A stretch of DNA of 64,000 nt. Origin: Eledone cirrhosa (Eukaryota). Below are positions 25,640 to 39,164 of the stretch, piece after piece; within the stretch, counting starts at the first letter, position 1; each line of letters starts with the position of its first letter. The DNA lies in the NCBI GenBank assembly GCA_964016885.1, contig OZ024742.1:275218001-275282000 (forward strand), in the 5' to 3' direction. The notes under the pieces are model-generated. The model had not been told where the DNA came from, did not search any database, and saw nothing but the letters and a program-made list of their open reading frames with translations. Made by a program: the position numbers and the translations under genes.

Positions 25640-28600
25640 CATGGAAGAAACAAAAAAAGCCCCAACAAAACACAAAAACATACACAACAAAAAATACAGA
25701 CACCACTAACGCAAACACTTCCCCAATAACATCAGCACCAAAAGCAACATCGACACCACCCCCACAATCCCCGAAACGCAAACAACCTAAACAAACACAA
25801 GTACAAATAAACACACAAATACCTGAAATTTCAGACACCACACCTACAATAAACACAGACATACCCGAAACAACACCACCAAAACCATCACCACTACAGT
25901 CACCAAAACGAAATCAAATAAAATCACACCAAAATGTTAAAAACTTCGTGCTTTTCAGAAGGGCAAACGATAAACTGATGGCTCTGTCTTAGCACGAAGC
26001 GAGGACATTCAATCAGAGTGGGAGATCTTTGAAATGAGCACATTTTGCGTGCCAGAAGATTTTATTCTGGTCCGAATGTCACTCGATTCCTTCAAAGAAA
26101 TTGGAGAGAGCTTTCCTCAAGACGTGGGAACCCCGAATGTGAAACCGACATCGAGAATGTTAAAGGGGTTCCCAAAAGAAATCCCACCAACCATGGAGGT
26201 CGAACCATCCGACCTTCACAAGATCCCGGTAGGTAAGAAAACCTTCCCTCTCTCTCTTTTAGCTTGCCAACATGGCCATATTAAGAGTAGGAAGTTCAAA
26301 TGTTCGCGGCCTGGGGTCACCCTGGAAGCAGGGTCGCCTGTTCAATGATCTCAGATCGTTGGAAATGGATGTGATTGCCGTCAGCGAGACCAGAATTTCC
26401 GACACTCGCGCACTAGCCCCCCATTTCCGACGACTATCAGATCTTGTCATCTGTTAGCAGGCCGGGAATGGGAGGTGAGGTGGCAGTGCTGTTTAGGAAA
26501 GGACTGGATCTCGAGGTAAGGTCTATCTTTCGGGACCCGGATGGTAAGTTGGTGGTCTTGGATGTGAGCAGTAGCGAAGGTGGTGCCTTTAGACTGCTGG
26601 CTGTCTACGCCCCTACAGGGGCCGGACGACCGGACTTCTTTAGGCCCCTGGAGACATTTCTGGGTACGTCTCGACCTTTACTGTTAGAGGGGGACTTGAA
26701 CGGCATCTTAGCCGCACGCTGGGATTGTGTGGGAGTAGCTGATAGGAGCGGGGGTGCAAAAGCCTCAAGCACCTAATCAGCCAGATTCAACTGTCTGGCA
26801 GGTATCGACGAGATTTCCCCAATGGACATGGATCAACCGCATGGGGTGATCTAGATCGTATATAGACAGGATCTTCATTAGGAAAATAGATAGAAATAGT
26901 GTAGGTTGCCCATTTTTAAAACGGTCGCCTATTCAGATCACAAATTTGTGATCTGTTTGGTCGACCTAGATAAAACGCGTAGGTTGGGACCGGGTTACTG
27001 GAAGCTGAACATGTCATTTTCGGCACGTAAGGTTAACACGGGCCGAGTCAACAATTTAGTTGCGCAAAAGTTGACAGGGGGATCATCAACAACAGATTAG
27101 TTGGGGCTCTCAAAAGAGAGATTAGAGTAACTTCTATAAATTTCAGCAAAGAACTAGCGTTAGAGAAAAATAGAAAGGAGGGGGAGCTGGTAGATAAGTT
27201 AGACGAGGCTATTTGTAGTGGCATTGCAACTGACGTGCTAGCGGCGAGAATGGCATTAGACCATTTCTTCAATGCGAACCACGAAGGTTGCATTGTCAGA
27301 GCTAAGGCGCGTGCGCTGAGAAACGAGGGAACTAAAGCTGTTCGATGTGCCCGCGTGGCGGAGGCGCAGCGTGGTAATAAAAAAACACAATTCGGTCTTT
27401 GGCGGACCGAGACGGACACGAGATAAGCGATTTTAATCGGATGTGAGAGGCCTTTCGCCAGCACTTTGCTCGGTTGTTCGGGGAGAGTGGTGTGTCAGAG
27501 AAAGTAGCGGTTTTCAGTCGCTACCTTGACGGCTTGCCGCGCATCTCAACGGTCGACGCTGAGCGCTGCGAAAGGCCGATTACTTCAGCCGAAATTCATG
27601 ACGCCCTTTTCGGCTGCATGAGGCGCAAGTCACCCGGTTTGGATGGCCTGCCCTACGAGCTTTACGTAAATATGCCATACTTGCTCTCTGTAACTGGCAG
27701 CAAAATGGGAGTATTCGCAGTTCTGTGAGCAGATGAGTGCTGACGCTGATAAGGAAAGGCGAGAACAAGAGGGATACATTAGACAACTTCAGGCCCATAA
27801 CTCTGCTCACACTGAGTTTAAGATTTTGGCCTAGGTGTTAGCAAAGACATTGGCGTTTGTCGTCGAGGAATTGGTTGGGGAGTCGCAAACTTGCGCAATC
27901 CCAGCCAGGTCCATACACGACAATCTCCACCTCATGCGATACATCATAGAGAGGGTAGGGTGTAAACCTGGCTTCGGTGGGGCACTGGTCAATTTAGATC
28001 AATCGAAAGCATTCGATAGGGTCAACCATCGGTATCTGGTGTTTGTCCTCAAAGTGGCTGGCTTCGGCCCAGTCTTCAGAAGCTGGATCGCTGCAATTCA
28101 CAGGGGCACACGCTCGGTGGTCAAGCGGCACACGCTCGGAACCATTTCGTCTCTCCCGATCGGTCCGTCAAGTGTGCCCTCTCCCTTCCCTTCTGTACGT
28201 ATTCCCTCTCGAGCCTTTACTGCGGAAGCTGGAGCTGTTGCAGGGCATCCCGCTCGAACCTGGACGTGGAAAGGCGATGTCGGCTTATGCGGACATCACC
28301 GTGATGGTATCGGGCACTTCAGAAATCGAGGTGGTCGGCATATGAAAGGTTGACAGGAGCCAAACTTAACACGGAAAAGTCGGTGGGCTTGCAGCTCGGA
28401 ACCTGGAGAGGCAAGCCTATGCCGTCCAACAGCGTCGTGGGGTGCTGGACGGACGGACCGGTAAAATTGCTCGGGATTTGGTTCGAACCAGACCTCCAGG
28501 TAGAACAGAGTTGGGACGAGATAACGAGCAGAGTAGCCAGTCTCACCCCAAAAATGGGCTGGTAGGAACCTATCACTGAAAGGTCGCGCGGAGGTGGTGA

Positions 28601-29478
28601 ATGCGTACATCGCGTCCGTCGTCTACTACCGCCTGACCGTCGTGACTTGCCCCCGTCCGCGCCTCGTCAAGTTGGAACGGCTTCTCTTCAAATTCTTGTG
28701 GAGGGGACAAGTTCCGTTGATGAGGCGGTCCATCTGCTGCAAGCACCCTCTACGCGGGGCGCTGGGCAATCCGTGGCTAATGATGCGCAGACATGCGTTA
28801 AAGCTGCGACATCTAGAGGTATTCTGCCTAAACGGTGAACAGGTGTGGTCGCCGTTTATCAGACGGGCCTTTCCGCAGTTCGTTTCTTTAACTGACCTGC
28901 AGTCCTGGGTCAAGAAGAGACCGAGACTGGGTGACTGGCACCTAGAATTTTGCCAGGTACTCACTGCCCTCTACCAAGCGGGCCGTTCCGAAAGAGGTTA
29001 TATGGTGGACCAGATTAAAAGGACTGAAGACAGACACTTTTCTCTTCGGCCAACAATCCCTTATCAACTTCTTCAAGTTTCACCTGGAAAAGAAGATGAG
29101 GTTGGAGAGAGAAGTGCTGCCCCCCAGTACATTTGCTAAAAGGTGGATGAATGTGGCGAGAATGGCCCATGTAAATGGGCCTACTCTGACCATGCGCCTA
29201 TAGGCTAGCTAACTTGAGGAGAGGGGTGCTCTCCCTGGGTTCCCTAGAAGCGCAGGGTGGTTCAGGATTGGTGGGGTACCTGAGTCACTATCAGGGAATT
29301 TATTTTTTTATATTTATGCATAGTTTATTTAGTCTTGCCATTGTTAAATTAGTCTTGCCATTGTGCACTTTTACTCGACCTTATTGCAAATCCCCACTGT
29401 CCCTGTCTTTGTATTGCCCCTACATGTCGGCCCTTGTGGCTAATAAATGAAATTACTATTATTATTATTATTATTATT
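25640..29478 (+). mobile_element. 5'-truncated, decayed Tx1 LINE (family A)
   Basis: ORF1 C-terminus; ORF2 from 26272 (MAILRVGSSNVRGL) in many fragments; deletion near 28985; 3'UTR and (ATT)n tail ~29453-29478. Confidence 0.93.
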
Positions 29479-30390
29479 GAATGCCATGGTTGACGGAGGC
29501 TCGGCTCTGTAAGGTATTGTAATTTTTAACCGTTAAAACAATTGTAAATTGTTTAAAACTTGAACCAAATTGTAGATAAAGACACCCTCTTCCTTGTGAG
29601 AGGGTCTTTCTGCCCGTTATTTGGTACTTCGGGGTTAAATAACCAGTTATTGGGGATTTGTGCCCAATATTCATTTTAAACCATAAAAAAACATGACTAC
29701 AAAAAAGAATTTTCACAAGTCACTCCCACTCCTTCCGTCTTCTTCTTCCCCAATCGTCATTACGTCAGAGAAAAGATTGTCTCTCTCCCTCCCTTCTCTA
29801 AATGTGGTGTCGCCTCTGTCGCCTCTTTCGCAAGCGACGCCATTAATGAAAAAGAAAAATGTAGTTTCTCGTAGCGTTCTTCATCAAGAGAACGCGTGTG
29901 CCGTGGAAGATTTCTCCACGACGACGACGACGAAAGTTGTGTGCATTAAATACGGAACGCCATTTCATTGGTCTGACGTCATGAAGAACAGCAGCAGCAG
30001 CAGCAACAACAACAACAACAACAGCAGCAACAGCGACGGCGACGGTCGTGGTACCAGCAGCAACAACAAAAGTAGCAGCAGCTCTGACGACAACAACGAC
30101 AACAAGAAAGAAAAACCAATCTCGTTTGCAGGTATCGCAAAGAACCTAGATACCATCCTTATAACAAATGAGGAATTACAGGAAGCAAAGAAGATGGTGA
30201 CGAAAACCGGACACCGAGCAATCTGCAAGGCAGCCGAAGAATTTGTCGAAACCCAACAGCACTGTACGGTCACGCACAGTACAGTATGCACAAAATCACG
30301 TTGGGTTGAAAGAGCCACAGAGGCTCAAATACGAAAGGCCTTAGGGTCTGTGTGGCAGTGGAAAACGCATATCACCCGAGGCAAGAAATA
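29479..30390 (+). mobile_element. Tx1 family B 5'UTR and N-terminal ORF1, starting right after the previous (ATT)n tail
   Basis: ORF from 29693 with Ser/Asn runs and SFAGIAKNLDTILITNEE...ERATEAQIRKALG, homologous to 901-1677. Confidence 0.82.
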
Positions 30391-32339
30391 TGCTTTGAAA
30401 AACGATCTAGATTCTATAAGGACAATAATATGTTCAAAAACAACCAAAGAAACTTCTACAGAAAAATTGGTAAGTCAACAATAACTGCTAAATCAATACC
30501 ACCCAAGGAGGAAGTGCAAGAATTCTGGGAAAAGATCTGGGCCGAAGAAAAAGTTCATAACATACATGCCCCATGGATAGACAGACAAATGAAAGATACA
30601 AAACATGGATATAAAGTCTATGACAAAACCATTAATCACCTGTTCTACATGGATGACCTGAAACTATTTGCAAAAAATGATGAACAATTGCAAGGGCTAT
30701 TATCCACTGTGAAGCAGTTCAGTGATGACATTAAAATGGAGTTTGGACTAGATAAATGCGCCAAAGCAACGTTCACCAGAGGAAAGCTGCTGAAGAGTTC
30801 AGACATTAATCTTGATCGGGGGAACGTGATAAGAGAACTTGATCAAGAAAAAACTTACAAATATCTAGGTGTTTGTGAAGGAGACGGAATCAAGCACTCG
30901 ACAATGAGGGAAAGGATAAGGAAGGAATGTTACCGCAGAGTAAGAGCAATCTTAAGAACGGAATTGAATGCAAGGAATAGGATCGATGCCATAAACACGC
31001 TTGCCATACCAGTAGTAACCTACAGTTACAATGTCATCAACTGGTCAAGCTCAGAGATCCGTAGGCTCGATACAAAAATTCGAAAATTCTTAACCATGCA
31101 CAGAATGCATCACCCTAAGGCAGATATAGATAGAATATATCTCCCTAGGAAAGAAGGAGGACGTGGGTTAATCCAGTTAGACATTGCGTTGAAAACTGCA
31201 ACAATTGGATTATCTACATATCTAAGGGAATCACATGATTGGATGATCAAACTCGTTTTGAAACACGAAAGCATCAAAAGATCATATTCCATTACAAAAG
31301 ATGCACGAAGATACAGTAATGGACTACAAATTTCAGAAGTCCCATTTACTGCTGAAATGGAAAACACAGAAAAAGCAAAGCAGGTAAAAGTAACTGCAAA
31401 GAAAGAACTGTTACAGAAATTGGCTAAGAAATGGCAAGAAAAGCCTCTGTATGGAAAATACCCAGAGCGAGCTAACAATCCTGATGTTGACAAAACTTTA
31501 ACCCATCAGTGGTTGGCATCCTCTGGACTGAAATCGGAGACTGAAGGACTGATTATATCAGCACAAGATCAGTGTCTGCCAACAAAAAATTACCAAGCCA
31601 ACATAATAAAAAATGGATGCAGCCCATTATGCCGTGTATGCAAAAAACAACGAGAGACCATTGACCATATAATTTCAATGTGCAGTCCTATAGCTCCAAC
31701 CGAATACCTAAACAGGCATGACAGAGCTGCACAATACATACATTGGATAATGTGTAAGCATTTTGACCTGCCCCATCAAAAGAATTGGTGGGAGCATCAA
31801 CCACCTCCCATACTTGAAAAAGATCACATCTCAATCTTGTGGAACTTTAGCATCCAAACAGACCGAAAAATAGATGCAAATAGACCTGATATAATATTGA
31901 AGGACTTTAAAAAGAGGGTATGCCTGCTAATTGATATGTCTATTCCAATAGACAAGAATGTATCTATAAAAACATTTGAAAAATTGAGCAAGTATAAGGA
32001 CGTGGAGATAGAAATTGGAAAAATGTGGAAATTGAGAACTAAAACAATACCAGTGGTTGTAGGCGCTCTGGGAATGATACCTAAGGGGTCTAATGATTAC
32101 TTATCGCAAATCCCAGGAAACCCGCGTATAGGAGAAATACAAAAGATAGTACTAATGGGAACTGCCCATATACTAAGGAAGATTCTGTCAATATAAGTAC
32201 ATCACAAGTCTAAACACTAAAGATGCATGTGTGAGTATGTATGTTCTTTCTTGAACATGGCGGACCTTGTTGTCTCTTGAGGTCACTGGTTGTGACTTGG
32301 TGATAACTCGTATGAACATAAAGCAAGATAAATGCAACT

Positions 32340-32340
<1 letters not shown>
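30391..32340 (+). mobile_element. R4/Dong family A element, 5'-truncated with an RT-internal deletion at ~30600
   Basis: ORF 30352-32196 jumps from WIDRQMKDT to KHGYKV (N-terminal RT lost); FYMDD, CCHC and PD-(D/E)xK RLE motifs; (AAT)n tail. Confidence 0.92.

Positions 32341-32428
<88 letters not shown>
32341..32428. repeat. (AAT)n tract shared by convergent Dong (+) and Tx1 (-) 3' ends
   Basis: Direct sequence. Confidence 0.95.
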
Positions 32429-32429
<1 letters not shown>

Positions 32430-35400
32430 ATTTCATTTATTAGCCACAAGGGCCGACATGTAGGGGACAATACAAAGACAGGGACAGTGGGGGTTTACAA
32501 TAAGGTCGAGTAAAAGTGCACAATGGCAAGACTAATTTAACAATGAAAATATAAAAATATAAAATAAACTATGCAAAATATAACAAAATAAATTCCCCGA
32601 TAGGGGGTGGACGATCTGGGGTGATTCGGGTACCCCACCAATCCTGAACCACCCTGCGCTTCTAGGGCACCCAGGAGAGCACCCCTCTCCTCAAGTTAGC
32701 CAGCCTATAGGCGCATGGTCAGAGTAGGCCCATTCACACGAGCCATTCTCGCCACATTCACCCACCTTTTAGAAAATGTACTGGGGGGCAGCACTTCTCT
32801 CTCCACCCTCACCCTCCTTTCCAGGTGAAACTTGAAGAAGTTGATGAGGGATTGGCCGAAGAGAAAAGTGTCTGTCTTTAGTCCTTTCAACCTGGTCCAC
32901 CATATAATCTCTTTCGCAACTGCCACCAGACAGAGGAAAATGTCCTGCTCTTCCTGACCTAAGGAAGGTGGCGGCTCGATCATCACTATGGACTCGGCCG
33001 ATAACTGGATTCGTTCCACACGCGACAGTAGCTGTTCGACATAACTCCACAAGTCAGTAATGCACCGACATTGGACAAGTGCGTGCAGAACGGTTTCGTC
33101 GTTCTGTGCGCATCTTGGGCAGGTCCGTCTGACAGCACTTCCGTGCCTGTAGAGTTTATCCCAAACCGGCAGTGCCCCCCGGTAGCACTGCCAAGCGAGG
33201 GATTTCTGGAAATTGTCCATCGTCCCCGGCTCAAAAGTCCTCTGGTACAGACTGGTCAGTTCGACTTCGTCGAGGGCCAAAGCTTCTCCGAGTGCGTCAT
33301 CGCACTTGCCCACCACTAATCCTCTATAGAACTCGAGAGTGGAAGTTCCACTGATCGCATTGCCCGCTTGGTAGAGGGCAGTGAGTGCCTGGCAACATTC
33401 CAGGTGTCAGTCACCCAGTCTCGGTCTCTTCTTGACCCAGGACTGCAGCTCAGTCAAAGAAATGAGCTGCGGAAAGGCCCGTCTGATAAACGGCGACCAC
33501 ACCTGTTCACCATTGAGGCAGAATATCTGGAGATGTCGCAGCCTCAACGCATGTCTGCGCATCATTAGCCACGGCATGCCCAGCCCTCCGCGTAGAGGGT
33601 GCTGGCAGCAGATGGACCGCCTCACCAACGGAACTTATCCCCTCCACAAGAATTTGAAGAGGAGCCGTTCCAATTGACGAGGCGCGGACGGGGGCAAGGC
33701 ACGACGGTCAGGCGGTAGTAGATGACGGACGCGATGTACGCATTCGCCACCTCCGCGCGACCTTTCAGTGATAGCTTCCTCCCAGCCCATTTTTAGGTGA
33801 GACTGGCTACTCTGCTCGTTACCTCGTCCCAATTCTTTTCCACCTGGAGGTCTGGTCCTAACCAAACCCCGAGCAACTTTACTGGTCCGTCCGTCCAGCG
33901 CCCCATGACGCTGTTGGACGGCATGGGCTTGCCTCTCCAGGTTCCGAGCTGCAAGCCCACCGACTTTTCCGGGTTAAGTTTGGCTCCTGTCAACCTTTCA
34001 TATTCCTTCAATAAGGTGCCGACCACCTCGATTTCTGAGGTGTTCGACACCATCACGGTGATGTCGTCCGCATAAGCCGACACCGCCTTTCCACGTCTCG
34101 GTTCGAGTGGGATGCCCTGCAACAGCTCCAGCTTCCGCAGTAAAGGCTCGAGAGTCAATACGTACAGAAGGGAAGAGAGAGGGCACCCTTGACGGACCGA
34201 TCGGGAGAGCCGAAATGGTTCCGAGAGGTGGCCATTAACTTTGACCACCGAGCGTGTGCCGCTGTGCATTGCAACGATCCAGCTTCTAAAGACAGGGCCG
34301 AAGCCAGCTGCTTTGAGGACAAACTCCAGATACCGATGGTCGACCCTATCGAATGCTTTCGATTGATCTAAATTGATCAGTGCCCCACCGAATCCAGGTT
34401 TACACCCTACCCTCTCTATGATGTATCGCATGAGGTGGAGATTGTCGTTTATGGACCTGGCTGGGATTGCGCAAGTTTGCGACTCCCCAACCAAATCCTC
34501 GACGACAAGCGCCAATCTCTTTGCTAACACCTTGGCCAAAATCTTAAACTCTGTGTTGAGCAGAGTTATGGGCCTGAAGTTGTCTAATGTATCCCTCTTG
34601 TTCTCGTCTTTCCTTATCAGCGTCACCAGTCCCCTGCTCACAGAACTGGGAATACTCCCATTCTGCTGCCAGTTACAGTAGAGTGCTTCGAGGAGTTCGG
34701 AGAACAAATCTGGCATATTTACGTAAAGCTCGTAGGACAGGCCATCCAAGCCGGGTGACTTGCGCCTCATGCAGCCGACAAGGGCGTCCTGAATTTCGGC
34801 TGAAGTAATCGGCCTTTCGCAGCGCTCAGCGTCGACCGTCGAGATGCGAGGCAAGCCATCAAGGTAGGGACTGAAATCCGCTACTCTCTCTGACCTGCCA
34901 CTCTCCCCGAACAACCGAGCAAAGTGCTGGCGAAAGGCCTCACACATCCGCTTGGAATCGTTTATCTCGTGTCCGTCTCGGTCCGCCAAAGACCGAATTG
35001 TGGTTTTATTACCACGCTGCGCCTCCGCCACGCGGGCCCATCGAACAGCTTTAGTTCCCTCGTTTCTCAGCGCACGCGCCTTAGCTCTGACAATGCAACC
35101 TTCGTGTTTGGCATTGAAGAAATGGTCTAATGCCATTCTCGCCGCTAGCACGTCAGTTGCGATGCCACTACAAATAGCCTCGTCTAACTTATCTACCAGC
35201 TCCCCCTCCTTTCTATGTTTCTCTAACGCTAGTTCTTTGCTGAACTCTATCGAAGTTACTCTAATCTCTCTTTTGAGAGCCCCCCACCATCTGTTGTTGA
35301 TGATCCCCCCTGTCAACTTTTGCTTAACTAACTTATTGACTCGGTCCCTGTAAGCCTTACGTGCCGGAAATGACATGTTCACCTTCCAGTAACCCGGTCC

Positions 35401-38349
35401 TAACCTACGCGTTTTATTTAGGTCGACCGTACAGATCACAAATTTGTGATCTGAATAGGCGACCGTTTTAAAAAGTGGACAGCCCACTCTATTTCTATCT
35501 ATTTTCCTAATGAAGATTCTGTCTATATACGATCTAGATGACCCCATTCGGTTGGTCCATGTCCATACTGGCACATTGGGGAAATCTAGTCGATACCTGT
35601 CAGACAGTTGGAACTGGCTGAGTAGGTACTTGAGGCTTTTGCACCCCCCGCTCCTATCGGCTACTCCCACACAATCCCAGCGTGCGTCTAAGATGCCATT
35701 CCAGTCCCCCGCTAACAGTAAAGGGCGAGACGTACCCAGAAAGGTCTCCAGGCTCCTAAAGAAGTCAGGTCGTCCGGCCCCTGTAGGGGCGTAGGCGGCC
35801 AGCAGTCTAAAGCCACCACCTTCGCTACTGCTCACATCCAAGACCACCAACTTACCGTCCGGGTCCCGGAAGATCGACCTTACCTCGAGATCCAGTCCTT
35901 TCCTAAACAGCACTTCCATCCCACCCCCCATTCCCGGCCTGCTAACAGATGCGAAGATCTGATAGTCGTCGAAAATGGGGGCTAGTGCACGCGTGTCGGA
36001 AATTCTGGTCTCGCTTACGGCAATCACATCCATTTCCAGCGACCGGAGGTTGTTGAGCAGGCGACCCTGCTTCCAGGGTGACCCCAGGCCGCGAACATTT
36101 AAACTTCCTACTCTTAATATGGCCATATTGGTAAGCTAAGAGAGAGAGAGGGAAGGTTTACTTACCTCCCGGGTCTTGTGAAGGTCGGGTGGTTCGTCCT
36201 CCATGGTTGGTGGGGTTTCTTTTGGGAACCCCTTTAAAAGTCTTGATGTGGGTTTCACATTCGGGTTTCCCACGTCTTGAGGAAAGCTCTCTCGAATTTC
36301 TTTGAAAGAATTGAGTGACATTCGGACCAGAAGCAAATCTTCTGGCACGCAAAATGTGCTCATTTCAAAAATCTCCCCTCTGTTTGAATGTCCTCGCTTC
36401 GCGCTAAGAGGGCCATCAGTTTATCGTTGGCCCTTCTGACAAGCACGAAGTTTTTAACATTTTGTTGGTGTGGTTTTATTTGTTTTCGTTTTGGTGAAGG
36501 TGGTGGCGATGGTTTTGGTGGTGTTGTTTCGGGTATGTCTATGTTTGTTGTAGGTGTGGTGTCTGCAATTTCAGGTATTTGTGTGTTTATTTGTACTTGT
36601 GTTTGTTTAGGTTGTTTGCGTTTCGGGGATTGTGGAGGTGGTGTCGATGTTGCTGATGGTGCTGATGTTATTGGGGAAGTGTCTGCGTTAGTGGTGTCTG
36701 TATTTTTTGTTGTGTGTGTTTTTGTGTTTTGTAGGGGCTTTTTTTTTTTGTGAGTTTTCTCTGTTTTTCTGCACTTTTGGGTTTTCCTTCATCTTCGCTG
36801 CTGGAAGACAAAGGGTCTGTGTCTGTGAGTGTCTCTGTGTCTGTGTGTGCGTTTATTTTTTTTTTGTCTATGTATATAGTTGGGGGGGGTAGGGGGAGTG
36901 GGAAAGCTTTCCTCGTTTTCTCCTTGGATTGGTTTTGGTGTTGGTGGTGATCCGGCTGCTTTTGATGTTGGTGTCCGTGTTTTTGTTGATGTTGTTTTTG
37001 GTGGTGGTGGTGGTGCAGCTTTCCGTGCTGACACTGGCGTTGGCAACAAAGGAGGTTTGCGACCCCCTGCATTTTTGCGCTGAGGGCAGAAGGCTTGAAG
37101 ATGCGTGGCTTCCCCGCAAACGAAGCAGCGTGGCCTTCTTCCGTCAATCATTAGTTGGATTGTTGTCCCGTCCTGCAGGCGGGCAAAATCTGGGATGTTA
37201 TTTATATCCTCCGGTTTCATTTGGAGAAGAATCTCCAAATCCATTCCGGACCAGTCTTCTCTCTCTGTCCTTTTGATGTCCAGGAGGGTGGTGTCTGTCC
37301 CCTCCTCGATTACGCATCCCAGCAGCCACCATATGTTCATTCCTGGTGGGATGCTGGGAATGCGTACCTTCACTGTCCTTTTACCCATATAGGACGGGTG
37401 CATGATAATGCGTTCCGTTCTGCAGGGGATCACCGAGTGCTTAATAGCGAGGGCCTCGGATTTGAACAGTACCGAGATGGTACCGAACTGTTTGCCTCTT
37501 GCTTTGTACTCTATGTTACTTCCGATGTACTCCAACGCAGCCTCTACCTCTGCTTGGCTCGCAAGTTCTACTTTTCGTGTCTGCACCGAAATACATCGAA
37601 AGAGCACCGTCCTCCTTTGCATGGCCGCTATTGCCTCGTCCGGGATGGTCAGGTTTGCCCAGGACTTCTCCCGTTTAATTAGCCTCCACGCTTTGGCTAA
37701 CTGTTCGTCTTAATCGCTAATATCAATATCGATATTCAATAAGCGCCTTGTTTTGGCTGCTGCTGCTGCTGCTGCAGCAAATGTGGTGTTTCTGATGCTC
37801 TTATTGTTGTTGTTGTCATTCTTGCTGTTGCCACCGCCATCCTTGTTTACATTGAAGCTGTCGGTGTTTTTGTCGTTATTGCTCTGAGTTGTTGTTGTTG
37901 TGGTGGTGGTGGTGGTGGCGGTGGTGGTGATGTCGTTTTCAGATGATACTGCTGCTATGCCAGAAGATTGTGATGGTAGCTTTTTAGTTTTGCCTTCACA
38001 TTCAGTTGAGTGGATGACAGGCATGACTGTAGCCGTCGTAGTCGTGGTGAAATTTGCAGTGGCTGCCTTTAAACTTTTGACCTGAACGTTGTTTACCGTT
38101 TCAAGGTCGAAAATTTCCATAATTTTCTTTTGGTGGGGAAGCGATTTTTTTTCGAAGATTTTAAAAATAAATCTGAATATTCGGGCTTAAAGCCCGAATA
38201 TTGAGAGGTATCCCTCTCTTTAAATCAAGATGTGTACCTTAAGTTTCGTTAATGACAAGAAAATACAAAAAAAAGACACTTTAAAACAGCTTAAAGCTAC
38301 GAACCTTTTCCCCCGCAGACTTGTCTGTCTTCACATATGTGCGGCCATA
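32429..38349 (-). mobile_element. Full-length Tx1 LINE (family A) with a few frameshifts and stops
   Basis: ORF1 pieces 37710-38120, 36789-37622, 36136-36363; ORF2 pieces 33793-36126, 33407-33628, 32705-33316; AAT tracts at both ends. Confidence 0.95.
32705..36126 (-). pseudogene. Tx1 ORF2 (APE-RT-CCHC) interrupted after 777 aa
   Basis: Collinear with the intact ORF2 at 15265-18684; premature stop at 33793 and later breaks. Confidence 0.9.
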
Positions 38350-38359
38350 TAATAATAAT

Positions 38360-38721
38360 AAAGATCGTGCCTGATTGTGGATGTGGCCTGCCCATTCGAC
38401 ACGAGAGTGCAAGAGAAGGAGAGGGAGAAAATTAACCGATACCAGGACTTAAAGTGGGAGGTAAAAAGGATTTGGAACTGCCATGAAGTCAAAGTGATCC
38501 CGATTGTCATAGGCGCACTAGGGACTATCTCAAAAAGTTTCCAGGCATGGTTAAAGAAAATCGGCCCCTTCACGCTTTTTGGAACGCTTCAAAAGGCATG
38601 GTTGCTGGGAACAGCAAGAACCCTCCGATACGTCCTGAATATCTGAGGCTGCAGGTAGTGGCTTGATATTCATTCCAACAAACTCTCCAGTTAACTAACA
38701 TCAATGACTGAGACTCAAGGA
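38360..38721 (+). mobile_element. 5'-truncated Dong family B copy
   Basis: Near-identical to ~61712-62073; AAT repeats on both sides. Confidence 0.93.
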
Positions 38722-38976
<255 letters not shown>

Positions 38977-39000
38977 AATAATAATAATAATAATAATAAT

Positions 39001-39118
39001 AATAATTGTTTCTACTTGAGGCACAAGGCCAGAAATTACCCAGTGCATTACTGGTCGATAAAATAAAGTACCAGTAATGCACTGGGTAATTGCTGGCCTT
39101 GTGCCTAAAGTAGAAACA

Positions 39119-39124
<6 letters not shown>
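39001..39124. repeat. Palindrome made of two inverted SINE 3' ends
   Basis: Arms 39001-39055 and 39070-39124 are reverse complements with 2 mismatches around a 14-nt loop; the sequence matches the SINE 3' half. Confidence 0.9.
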
Positions 39125-39150
<26 letters not shown>

Positions 39151-39164
39151 GATGATGATGTAGA

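Noticed and set aside
30352-32196. 614-aa ORF as a functional Dong protein
   Set aside because: Starts in Tx1-derived sequence and lacks the N-terminal half of the RT domain.
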